Assembly (NCBI GenBank): GCA_964187785.1
Contig: OZ076418.1
Span: 26,784,001 to 26,848,000 of the forward strand
Reading direction: 5' to 3'
Length of the DNA: 64,000 bases
Source: Amphiscolops sp. MND2022
Taxonomy: Eukaryota
The notes beneath the pieces are model-generated. The model worked only from the letters and a program-made list of their open reading frames with translations, was not told the DNA's origin and searched no databases. Below are positions 11,006 through 22,651 of the stretch, in pieces. The position numbers were made by a program, and so were the translations under genes. Every line of letters begins with the position of its first letter. Positions within the stretch are counted from its first letter, which is position 1.

Positions 11006-12847
11006 TGTCTGAAATGGATATTTGGCTATTTCTCGGGACCCAGAAATCGGATTGGCATCAAACTTAGCAGGGAAACAGATAAGTTATGCATGATTCAGCG
11101 CCCCTAAAACTTTCACTTTTTATCGGGACTTAGACTATCCGACGGGCATCCGAAGTTAACCCTATCTTAATACATGGGGTTTTCCCACTCTCCACACTAA
11201 AAATCGTCCCCCAGAAAAACTCAAGGAGCAAACCTCCTGGTTTTTTGGCCGTATAACTTTTGGACTTCACACTCTACTAATTCACAGTACTTTGGAACCC
11301 TTGCTGTTATTGGATGGAATTTTATGACAATAACAAAAATGAAGTTACTCACTGAATTGACGTGATAGGAACCGTTTCTCCTATTATTTGCAAACCGAGA
11401 GTTTATCCAGGCTTCTCTGGCTAGCCAATCGGTCTCTGTACCATTAATCACGTACGAAATCATCGATGTAGTCGCTGTACCCATTCTGTCTGACATTGTC
11501 AGGACGCAATGGGCTAATCCCCAAGGCAAGATTATACTGTCGCCGGTCTTCTGGATCGCCCAGTGAATATGTTTCAATCGCTCTCCGCCGCCCTCAAGCA
11601 GCTTCAACAGATCCACTAGGCGTCCACTGTCACGGCGAAGCTCACGGGCTAGCTCCGTGTGAGTGCACACCAGTCACAACTTCCATCCGGAGATGACTGT
11701 TGTAACTGATGGGAATGCTGGATCGAAGTCGACGTGCCACAGCGTCCATGATCGTCCAACAGCCACGAACAGGCATTCCTCATGCAAGTCGCAGTCTTGG
11801 TGCTCTTTAACCCTCGTTACGGCCCACGATGTTCCATTATCCACTGCGTTACACCAAATCTTCTCGTAGCAGTGCTCAAAGTGAGTAGCACCAAATTCTT
11901 TGCATTTCTTGACTTTCACGACTCTTGATCGACTCTTTTACGTAAAGTGGCTTCATTGCCAGAACATTTGGCCAAGAGTCTACCCCAGTTTTTGTCTACC
12001 AATCTAATAAGTGGCTCACGAACAAGTTTGGGAATTGGCAGATCGGGAGTATCAGGCAGCTCGCCTTTATTAATTTCCTTCATTGGTGTCACCAAATTGA
12101 CGCAAGTGATCAATGACACTATGTGATCGGCGAGATTATTGGCATCAATCTGGAAAACAAAACAGTGCATACATCTTCATATCAACTTGGAAATCAATCA
12201 TAGACATCAGGAATTCCAGAAAACATCAAAGAGACCAAACTCCTGGATTGAAACATGACGGAAATGATCCATTTGATGTATTCCTGTCTTCATTGCGACT
12301 AATTTGCATCAGCAAGACGTTCGGTAGTGAATTTCGTCATTTTAGGCTTTTTCGACTATTTTGTGCGAAACAGCCATATCGTGACTTGAGCAGAAGAGGG
12401 TGTCGACAACGAAATTTTCACCAGCAATTATATAACATGTAAAAGTCATATTAGCGAAGACAGGCCTAAATTGAGTTTGTTTTAACACTTTTAAACTCTA
12501 CTAAAGACTATTACTACAAATTGAATGCATATTTGTCGAGATTGCGTATATTGGTAAACGTGCTTTTTTGCCGAATTCAAATCAGCCAATCAAATTGCGC
12601 CATTTGTCAGTACTGACATGCTTCATTTCTCCATTATATATGTTCAGTTTTTTGCTTTGTTTTGACTTCTTATAGTTGCTTTTCGCGCTATTTGTCTGAA
12701 AAATTTCACCGCTTTATATTAAAGGACCTGTTTTACCTCGAACATTTCGGAGGACAATCCATCGGTGGACCGCCATCGGACGACAATCAAGGACGTAAAT
12801 TACTTCTGCAACTGTTGTTAATCCTACGAAGAGTGTCGGTGCGTACA
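11006..12847 (+). repeat. LTR1 (complete 5' LTR, 1842 bp)
   Basis: TGTCTGAAATGG ... GCGTACA followed by TTT and the PBS; colinear with 27998-29852. Confidence 0.93.
11221..12149 (-). pseudogene. Antisense JmjC-domain ORF in LTR1 (frameshift near 11918, TGG>TGA at 11674-11676)
   Basis: SWTLWHVDFD...ISGWKL*LV...IQKTGDSIILPWGLAHCVLT: HxD...K...H JmjC signature. Confidence 0.85.
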
Positions 12848-12850
12848 TTT

Positions 12851-12868
12851 TGGTCCGCCGACCCGGAC
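12851..12868 (+). promoter_or_regulatory. Primer-binding site (tRNA-Tyr-like), repeated after LTR2 and LTR3
   Basis: TGGTCCGCCGACCCGGAC, identical to the PBS of BEL element 1. Confidence 0.85.
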
Positions 12869-12921
12869 ACACTAAAATTCTTCAGTACTCCACTTCAAAT
12901 CGACAAGTTACTCACAAGAAA

Positions 12922-15900
12922 ATGACTACTGAAAAAGCAACAAAGGACATCATGAAGCTGAAGCGAGTGCACGGTGGACACAAGGCGGCTTTTACCCGTC
13001 TGACAACAAGTGTTGAAGATCTTCTCAGAGCTTCAATTGAAGATGATGAAAAGCTATGTGAAGCTGAAGGACTTTTGACCAGCTTAAACAGAAAAATGCT
13101 AGACATTTACAGATGGGATACAGACATTCAGCTGGAAAGAGAAGGCGAGGCTAAATTAGAAGACGATACAGAAGCTTCAACAACATTCGACGTCTCCTCT
13201 GGTATCACAATTGCTCGTCTAACTGCACTAAGTCACAATTACAAGAAACGAACTGCAGCACGAACAATTTCATTACACGAAGTAGTTCTTCTCCATCAAG
13301 TACAAGTAGCCTTAAACTACCCTAGCTACAATTACCCAGTTTCAGTGGTTTATATACAGAATGGAATTCCTTCAGAGATCTCTTCAACGCATCAGGAGAC
13401 TCCAACACACAGCTCAGTAACTCAGAGAAATTGAATTACTTGCGTGCCTGCGTCAAAGGTGATGCAGCAAAATTATTCAGCTCGCTCACCATCACAGATG
13501 CTAATTACAGTATCGCCGAGCGTTTGCTGACTGAAAGGTATGAAAATAAGCGTAGTATTGTTAACGCTCATCACAAAACCATCTGGTCCCAACCTTCTAT
13601 CAAGACAGAATCAGGAAGTGCGCTAAGAAAATTGTTAGAAACTACCAATGAAAATTTGTGAGCACTCCAAGAGCAGGTTCAAGGTACCGAGTATTGGGAC
13701 CCTCTTTTAGTCTTCTGGTTATGCGACTAGATGGACCCGGAATCCAGAAAGCAGTGGGAATTGGATAATACCGCTGGTACGGAGCTATTAACATGGAAAC
13801 AGCTGTCAAAGTTCCTTGACACTAGAAGTAGAGCACTTGAAACCAGCAGAACCAAGATGGTATCCAATACCAATCAATCACAGCCACCTCGTGAAAAGCG
13901 AGTTCAATTCTATACTGATTCAACAGTGTGTAGCCAAAATTGCACTGAAGAACACAAACTTCATGCTTGTCCCCAATTCAAGCAAATGTCAATTCCAGAT
14001 AGATATAACTGCGTGAAGACCAATCGGGCATGCTTCAGTTGTCTCCAATCTGGTCACAGCGCTTCCAAATGCCCATCCAAGTTTACTTGTCGCGAATGCA
14101 AACAAAGACATCGTACACTTCTACGCCGAACCCTCAAAGGCAATCAGGATAAAAAAGAAAATGCAGCAGGATTATTCAGTAATCTTCCAGACACAGCTTC
14201 AGAAGATACTTCAGAACTTGAGTAGACAGCAGATCAAGTTACATCGGGACATTGCAATGCCAGTGTACCAATCAACAATGTGTTGTTATCTAATGCTCTC
14301 GTATCAATCAAAGACTACTGGCAAGACTGTGAAGCTTCGAGCATTGCTTGATTTGGGTTCTCAAGCCAGTTTCATTACGGAAAAAAAGGCAGCAGCTCTG
14401 ATGCTCAAAGTGAAAAGAAGTCAAGTCGCAATCACCACTTTGGGAGCATCAGCTACTGAAAAGACGAAAGTGATATTAGCAACGAAGCTTAACAACACTG
14501 TGCCTGTTAATCTTCACGTCATCCCGAAAATAACAAATCAAGTGCCCACGAGTAAAGTCGATGTCTCTCAATTGCATCATATTCGCAATCTGAAACTTGC
14601 TGATCCAGCATTCAATACACCTGGAAAAAATGATGTACTACTTGGAGCTGATGTTCTCGAGGATGTGATGATGGAAGCCAAACTCAAGGATGGTGGTCTA
14701 TCAGTTCGTGACTCGATCTTCGGTTGGGTAGTGTCAGGCCCAGTGAAACCTCTTCAAGGAATGTGTATCACCTCTCATCATATTGCATTTGAACCCAACC
14801 ACGATACTGATCAATTGCTGTCTCGTCTATCGGAATTGGAGAATATGCCTGAGAAAAGACATATATCTTCAGAAGAAAAACGATGTGAAGAGCATTTTGA
14901 TCGCACTACCAAAAGAAAGGATGACGGACGTTTCATTGTGGAAATGCCCTTCAAGGAAGACTGTTCACAGCTTGGGCACAGCAAAACCTTAGCTATGCGG
15001 CGCTTTCTAAACCTTGAACGAAAGCTAATTCGTGACCAGTCCCTCCATGAACGTTACTCTGCATTCATCAAGGTATTCATCGACATGGGTCATCTCGAAA
15101 AGGTACCCATTTATGAACTGGAATTATCTCGCAATTGCTACCTTCCTCATCACTGTGTCACGAAGGAAAGCAGTTCAACAACAAAACTTCGAGTTGTCTT
15201 TGACGCTAGCGCAAAAACCACAAGCGGACTGTCTCTTAAAGATTGTTTGCTATTGGGGCCGAAATTGCAAGCTGACTTATTTCACATTCTAATACGATTT
15301 CGCTTCTTCAAGGTGGCAATGTCTGCTGACGTTGCTAAGATGTACAGGCAAGTGGAGCTATGCCCAAGGGATAAAGATTTACATAGACTTTTATGGCGAT
15401 TCCATCAAACAGAGTCAATTGGCACGTACAGAATGACACGAGTAACGTACGGCGTGGCTAGCTCTTCATACCACTCTATTTGCAGCCTCATGGAGAGTGC
15501 GCCAATTTTGAAGACACGCAGGAGTCTGTGCGTGATGCACTCACAAGGGACTTCTATGTGGACGACATCCTGACTGGTGCTAGCTCGGAGACGGAAGCAG
15601 TGGAGCTGCAAGACTGACTCATCAAGACACTGAAGAAGGGCCAACTTGACTTGCGAACATGGACCTGTTATCTGCCAGAACTCGTATTGAGGCTTCCACC
15701 AGAAAACCGTGAAGCGAATGAAGAATTCAAGTTTCGTGATGAGACACACACCATCAAGACGTTAGGCGTTGTCTGGAATCCTTCTAGCGACAAATTTACC
15801 TTCACAGTATCTCATCCTTCAAATGATCTCGATGAAGCAACCATCACTAAAAGAAAGATGTTAAGTGACATCGCCAAAATCTTCGATCCTCTCGGTTGGC

Positions 15901-16461
15901 TGTCACCTGTTTCACTAGAGCTAAAACACTTGTAGAACAGGTGTGGCAATGTCGAGTTGATTGGGATCAAAAACTTCCGACCGAATTAAAAACAGCCTAT
16001 CTTGATTGGAGAAGGAAACTCGAAGCCTTGAAGGACATTCAATTGCAAAGATTCTGCCTTCCAAGGAACAATCTGACAAAGTTGCACTACATGTATTCTG
16101 CGATGCATCAGAGAAAGGCTATGCTGCGTGCATCTACGTGGTAGCTGAAAATGATGATGGAGAAAGGACATCAAGGCTCCTAGCTGCCAAGTCTAGAGTG
16201 GCTCCCCTCAAAGTGCAATCAATACCTCGATTGGAGCTATGTGGTGCATTCTTGGGACAACGACTGCTCTCTTCAGTACTCCGAGAACTCTCCAAACTGA
16301 AGTTGGCAATTGTTCAGAGATTTGCCTGTTTTGCCTGGACCGATTCGACCATTGTATTGAGCTGGCTGAAGCAGGAACCCAATCACTGAACAACGTTTGC
16401 TACAAATCGAGTGGCGGAAATCCAGCAGGATAGCGAATTATACTGGCGACATGTCCCAACG
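12922..16461 (+). pseudogene. gag-pol copy 1 (gag, PR, RT, RNase H), truncated at the duplication junction
   Basis: NYLRACVKGDA (DUF1759-like), CFSCLQSGHSASKC, RALLDLGSQASFI, YLPHHCV...[40 protein letters not shown]; several frameshifts. Confidence 0.92.
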
Positions 16462-18210
16462 TTATGCCTGATTCAGCGCCCCTAAAACTTTCACTTTTTA
16501 TCGGGACTTAGACTATCCGACGGGCATCCGAAGTTAACCCTATCTTAATACATGGGGTTTTCCCACTCTCCACACTAAAAATCGTCCCCCAGAAAAACTC
16601 AAGGAGCAAACCTCCTGGTTTTTTGGCCGTATAACTTTTGGACTTCACACTCTACTAATTCACAGTACTTTGGAACCCTTGCTGTTATTGGATGGAATTT
16701 TATGACAATAACAAAAATGAAGTTACTCACTGAATTGACGTGATAGGAACCGTTTCTCCTATTATTTGCAAACCGAGAGTTTATCCAGGCTTCTCTGGCT
16801 AGCCAATCGGTCTCTGTACCATTAATCACGTACGAAATCATCGATGTAGTCGCTGTACCCATTCTGTCTGACATTGTCAGGACGCAATGGGCTAATCCCC
16901 AAGGCAAGATTATACTGTCGCCGGTCTTCTGGATCGCCCAGTGAATATGTTTCAATCGCTCTCCGCCGCCCTCAAGCAGCTTCAACAGATCCACTAGGCG
17001 TCCACTGTCACGGCGAAGCTCACGGGCTAGCTCCGTGTGGGTGCACACCAGTCACAACTTCCATCCGGAGATGACTGTTGTAACTGATGGGAATGCTGGA
17101 TCGAAGTCGACGTGCCACAGCGTCCATGATCGTCCAACAGCCACGAACAGGCATGCCTCATGCAAGTCGCAGTCTTGGTGCTCTTTAACCCTCGTTACGG
17201 CCCACGATGTTCCATTATCCACTGCGTTACACCAAATCTTCTCGTAGCAGTGCTCAAAGTGAGTAGCACCAAATTCTTTGCATTTCTTGACTTTCACGAC
17301 TCTTGATCGACTCTTTTACGTAAAGTGGCTTCATTGCCAGAACATTTGGCCAAGAGTCTACCCAGTTTTTGTCTACCAATCTAATAAGTGGCTCACGAAC
17401 AAGTTGGGGAATTGGCAGATCGGGAGTATCAGGCAGCTCGCCTTTATTAATTTCCTTCATTGGTGTCACCAAATTGACGCAAGTGATCAATGACACTATG
17501 TGATCGGCGAGATTATTGGCATCAATCTGGAAAACAAAACAGTGCATACATCTTCATATCAACTTGGAAATCAATCATAGACATCAGGAATTCCAGAAAA
17601 CATCAAAGAGACCAAACTCCTGGATCGAAACATGACGGAAATGATCCATTTGATGTATTCCTGTCTTCATTGCGACTAATTTGCATCAGCAAGACGTTCG
17701 GTAGTGAATCTCGTCATTTTAGGCTTTTTCGACTATTTTGTGTGAAACAGCCATATCGTGACTTGAGCAGAAGAGGGTGTCGACAACGAAATTTTCACCA
17801 GCAATTATATAACATGTAAAAGTCATATTAGCGAAGACAGGCCTAAATTGAGTTTGTTTTAACACTTTTAAACTCTACTAAAGTCTATTACTACAAATTG
17901 AATGCATATTTGTCGAGATTGCGTATATTGGTAAACGTGCTTTTTTGCCGAATTCAAATCAGCCAATCAAATTGCGCCATTTGTCAGTACTGACATGCTT
18001 CATTTCTCCATTATATATGTTCAGTTTTTTGCTTTGTTTTGACTTCTTATAGTTGCTTTTCGCGCTATTTGTCTGAAAAATTTCACCGCTTTATATTAAA
18101 GGACCTGTTTTACCTCGAACATTTCGAGTGGTCCGCCATCGGACGACAATCAAGGACGTAAATCACTTCTGCAACTGTTGTTAATCCTACGAAGAGTGTC
18201 GGTGCGTACA
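16462..18210 (+). repeat. LTR2 (lacks the first 78 bp)
   Basis: Starts at ttatgc, equivalent to 11084; ends GCGTACA plus PBS; near-identical to LTR1. Confidence 0.93.
16599..17526 (-). pseudogene. Antisense JmjC-domain ORF in LTR2
   Basis: Same peptide as in LTR1 with the same stop and frameshift plus one extra 1-bp deletion. Confidence 0.85.
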
Positions 18211-18284
18211 TTTTGGTCCGCCGACCCGGACACACTAAAATTCTTCAGTACTCCACTTCAAATCGACAAGTTACTCACAAGAAA

Positions 18285-20829
18285 ATGACTACTGAAAAAG
18301 CAACAATGGACATCATGAAGCTGAAGCGAGTGCACGGTGGACACAAGGCGGCTTTTACCCGTCTGACAACAAGTGTTGAAGATCTTCTCAGAGCTTCAAT
18401 TGAAGATGATGAAAAGCTATGTGAAGCTGAAGGACTTTTGACCAGCTTAAACAGAAAAATGCTAGACATTTACAGATGGGATACAGAAATTCAGCTGGAA
18501 AGAGAAGGCGAGGCTAAATTAGAAGCCGATACAGAAGCTTCAACAACATTCGACGTCTCCTCTGGTATCACAATTGCTCGTCTAACTGCACTAAGTCACA
18601 ATTACAAGAAACGAACTACAGCACGAACAATTTCATTACACGAAGTAGTTCTTCTCCATCAAGTACAAGTAGCCTTAAACTACCCTAGCTACAATTACCC
18701 AGTTTCAGTGGTTTATATACAGAATGGAATTCCTTTAGAGATCTCTTCAACGCATCAGGAGACTCCAACACACAGCTCAGTAACTCAGAGAAATTGAATT
18801 ACTTGCGTGCCTGCGTCAAAGGTGATGCAGCAAAATTATTCAGCTCGCTCACCATCACAGATGCTAATTACAGTATCGCCGAGCGTTTGCTGACTGGAAG
18901 GTATGAAAATAAGCGTAGTATTGTTAACGCTCATCACAAAACCATCTGGTCCCAACCTTCTATCAAGACAGAATCAGGAAGTGCGCTAAGAAAATTGTTA
19001 GAAACTACCAATGAAAATTTGTGAGCACTCCAAGAGCAGGTTCAAGGTACCGAGTATTGGGACCCTCTTTTAGTCTTCTGGTTATGCGACTAGATGGACC
19101 CGGAATCCAGAAAGCAGTGGGAATTGGATAATACCGCTGGTACGGAGCTATTAACATGGAAACAGCTGTCAAAGTTCCTTGACACTAGAAGTAGAGCACT
19201 TGAAACCAGCAGAACCAAGATGGTATCCAATGTCAATCAATCACAGCCACCTCGTGAAAAGCGAGTTCAATTCTATACTGATTCAACAGTGTGTAGCCAA
19301 AATTGCACTGAAGAACACAAACTTCATGCTTGTCCCCAATTCAAGCAAATGTCAATTCCAGATAGATATAACTGCGTGAAGACCAATCGGGCATGCTTCA
19401 GTTGTCTCCAATCTGGTCACAGCGCTTCCAAATGCCCATCCAAGTTTACTTGTCGCGAATGCAAACAAAGACATCGTACACTTCTACGCCGAACCCTCAA
19501 AGGCAATCAGGATAAAAAAGAAAATGCAGCAGGATTATTCAGTAATCTTCCAGACACAGCTTCAGAAGATACTTCAGAACTTGAGTAGACAGCAGATCAA
19601 GTTACATCGGGACATTGCAATGCCAGTGTACCAATCAACAATGTGTTGTTATCTAATGCTCTCGTATCAATCAAAGACTACTGGCAAGACTGTGAAGCTT
19701 CGAGCATTGCTTGATTTGGGTTCTCAAGCCAGTTTCATTACGGAAAAAAAGGCAGCAGCTCTGATGCTCAAAGTGAAAAGAAGTCAAGTCGCAATCACCA
19801 CTTTGGGAGCATCAGCTACTGAAAAGACGAAAGTGATATTAGCAACGAAGCTTAACAACACTGTGCCTGTTAATCTTCACGTCATCCCGAAAATAACAAA
19901 TCAAGTGCCCACGAGTAATGTCGATGTCTCTCAATTGCATCATATTCGCAATCTGAAACTTGCTGATCCAGCATTCAATACACCTGGATAAAATGATGTA
20001 CTACTTGGAGCTGATGTTCTCGAGGATGTGATGATGGAAGCCAAACTCAAGGATGGTGGTCTATCAGTTCGTGACTCGATCTTCGGTTGGGTAGTGTCAG
20101 GCCCAGTGAAACCTCTTCAAGGAATGTGTATCACCTCTCATCATATTGCATTTGAACCCAACCACGATACTGATCAATTGCTGTCTCGTCTATCGGAATT
20201 GGAGAATGTGCCTGAGAAAAGACATATATCTTCAGAAGAAAAACGATGTGAAGAGCATTTTGATCGCACTACCAAAAGAAAGGATGACGGACGTTTCATT
20301 GTGGAAATGCCCTTCAAGGAAGACTGTTCACAGCTTGGGCACAGCAAAACCTTAGCTATGCGGGGCTTTCTAAACCTTGAACGAAAGCTAATTCGTGACC
20401 AGTCCCTCCATGAACGTTACTCTGCATTCATCAAGGTATTCATCGACATGGGTCATCTCGAAAAGGTACCCATTTATGAACTGGAATTATCTCGCAATTG
20501 CTACCTTCCTCATCACTGTGTCACGAAGGAAAGCAGTTCAACAACAAAACTTCGAGTTGTCTTTGACGCTAGCGCAAAAACCACAAGCGGACTGTCTCTT
20601 AAAGATTGTTTGCTAGTGGGGCCGAAATTGCAAGCTGACTTATTTCACATTCTAATACGATTTCGCTTCTTCAAGGTGGCAATGTCTGCTGACGTTGCTA
20701 AGATGTACAGGCAAGTGGAGCTATGCCCAAGGGATAAAGATTTACATAGACTTTTATGGCGATTCCATCAAACAGAGTCAATCGGAAATCCAGCAGGATA
20801 GCGAATTATACTGGCGACATGTCCCAACG
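18285..20829 (+). pseudogene. gag-pol copy 2, jumping from mid-RT (20782) to the RNase H tail (20783-20829)
   Basis: Junction gagtcaat|cggaaatcc joins positions equivalent to 15419 and 16415 of copy 1. Confidence 0.92.
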
Positions 20830-22578
20830 TTATGCCTGATTCAGCGCCCCTAAAACTTTCACTTTTTATCGGGACTTAGACTATCCGACGGGCATCCGAA
20901 GTTAACCCTATCTTAATACATGGGGTTTTCCCACTCTCCACACTAAAAATCGTCCCCCAGAAAAACTCAAGGAGCAAACCTCCTGGTTTTTTGGCCGTAT
21001 AACTTTTGGACTTCACACTCTACTAATTCACAGTACTTTGGAACCCTTGCTGTTATTGGATGGAATTTTATGACAATAACAAAAATGAAGTTACTCACTG
21101 AATTGACGTGATAGGAACCGTTTCTCCTATTATTTGCAAACCGAGAGTTTATCCAGGCTTCTCTGGCTAGCCAATCGGTCTCTGTACCATTAATCACGTA
21201 CGAAATCATCGATGTAGTCGCTGTACCCATTCTGTCTGACATTGTCAGGACGCAATGGGCTAATCCCCAAGGCAAGATTATACTGTCGCCGGTCTTCTGG
21301 ATCGCCCAGTGAATATGTTTCAATCGCTCTCCGCCGCCCTCAAGCAGCTTCAACAGATCCACTAGGCGTCCACTGTCACGGCGAAGCTCACGGGCTAGCT
21401 CCGTGTGGGTGCACACCAGTCACAACTTCCATCCGGAGATGACTGTTGTAACTGATGGGAATGCTGGATCGAAGTCGACGTGCCACAGCGTCCATGATCG
21501 TCCAACAGCCACGAACAGGCATGCCTCATGCAAGTCGCAGTCTTGGTGCTCTTTAACCCTCGTTACGGCCCACGATGTTCCATTATCCACTGCGTTACAC
21601 CAAATCTTCTCGTAGCAGTGCTCAAAGTGAGTAGCACCAAATTCTTTGCATTTCTTGACTTTCACGACTCTTGATCGACTCTTTTACGTAAAGTGGCTTC
21701 ATTGCCAGAACATTTGGCCAAGAGTCTACCCAGTTTTTGTCTACCAATCTAATAAGTGGCTCACGAACAAGTTGGGGAATTGGCAGATCGGGAGTATCAG
21801 GCAGCTCGCCTTTATTAATTTCCTTCATTGGTGTCACCAAATTGACGCAAGTGATCAATGACACTATGTGATCGGCGAGATTATTGGCATCAATCTGGAA
21901 AACAAAACAGTGCATACATCTTCATATCAACTTGGAAATCAATCATAGACATCAGGAATTCCAGAAAACATCAAAGAGACCAAACTCCTGGATCGAAACA
22001 TGACGGAAATGATCCATTTGATGTATTCTTGTCTTCATTGCGACTAATTTGCATCAGCAAGACGTTCGGTAGTGAATCTCGTCATTTTAGGCTTTTTCGA
22101 CTATTTTGTGTGAAACAGCCATATCGTGACTTGAGCAGAAGAGGGTGTCGACAACGAAATTTTCACCAGCAATTATATAACATGTAAAAGTCATATTAGC
22201 GAAGACAGGCCTAAATTGAGTTTGTTTTAACACTTTTAAACTCTACTAAAGTCTATTACTACAAATTGAATGCATATTTGTCGAGATTGCGTATATTGGT
22301 AAACGTGCTTTTTTGCCGAATTCAAATCAGCCAATCAAATTGCGCCATTTGTCAGTACTGACATGCTTCATTTCTCCATTATATATGTTCAGTTTTTTGC
22401 TTTGTTTTGACTTCTTATAGTTGCTTTTCGCGCTATTTGTCTGAAAAATTTCACCGCTTTATATTAAAGGACCTGTTTTACCTCGAACATTTCGAGTGGT
22501 CCGCCATCGGACGACAATCAAGGACGTAAATCACTTCTGCAACTGTTGTTAATCCTACGAAGAGTGTCGGTGCGTACA
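20830..22578 (+). repeat. LTR3 (lacks the first 78 bp)
   Basis: Offset 4368 from LTR2 and almost identical to it, same gtcccaacg|ttatgcc junction. Confidence 0.93.
20967..21894 (-). pseudogene. Antisense JmjC-domain ORF in LTR3
   Basis: Translated ORF pieces identical to those of LTR2. Confidence 0.85.
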
Positions 22579-22651
22579 TTTTGGTCCGCCGACCCGGACA
22601 CACTAAAATTCTTCAGTATTCACTTCAAATCGACAAGTTACTCACAAGAAA

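Noticed and set aside
11671-11676. In-frame TGA in the JmjC ORF as selenocysteine or programmed readthrough
   Set aside because: LTR4 has TGG (Trp) at this position and the same copies also carry a frameshift; it is simple decay
11496-12442. Plus-strand ORFs inside the LTR (66-109 aa)
   Set aside because: Antisense shadows of the JmjC frame with no recognisable motifs
11006-12847. The 1.85-kb repeat as an independent element inserted repeatedly into the BEL body
   Set aside because: It is bounded by PPT-TGT and CA-PBS, the outer copies share one TSD, and the inner copies share one identical truncation junction, so it is the LTR
15420-16414. A separate 995-bp deletion in copy 2, mediated by TGGC microhomology
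   Set aside because: One tandem duplication of 16415-20782 explains it, and the junction does not retain the TGG of the shared TGGC
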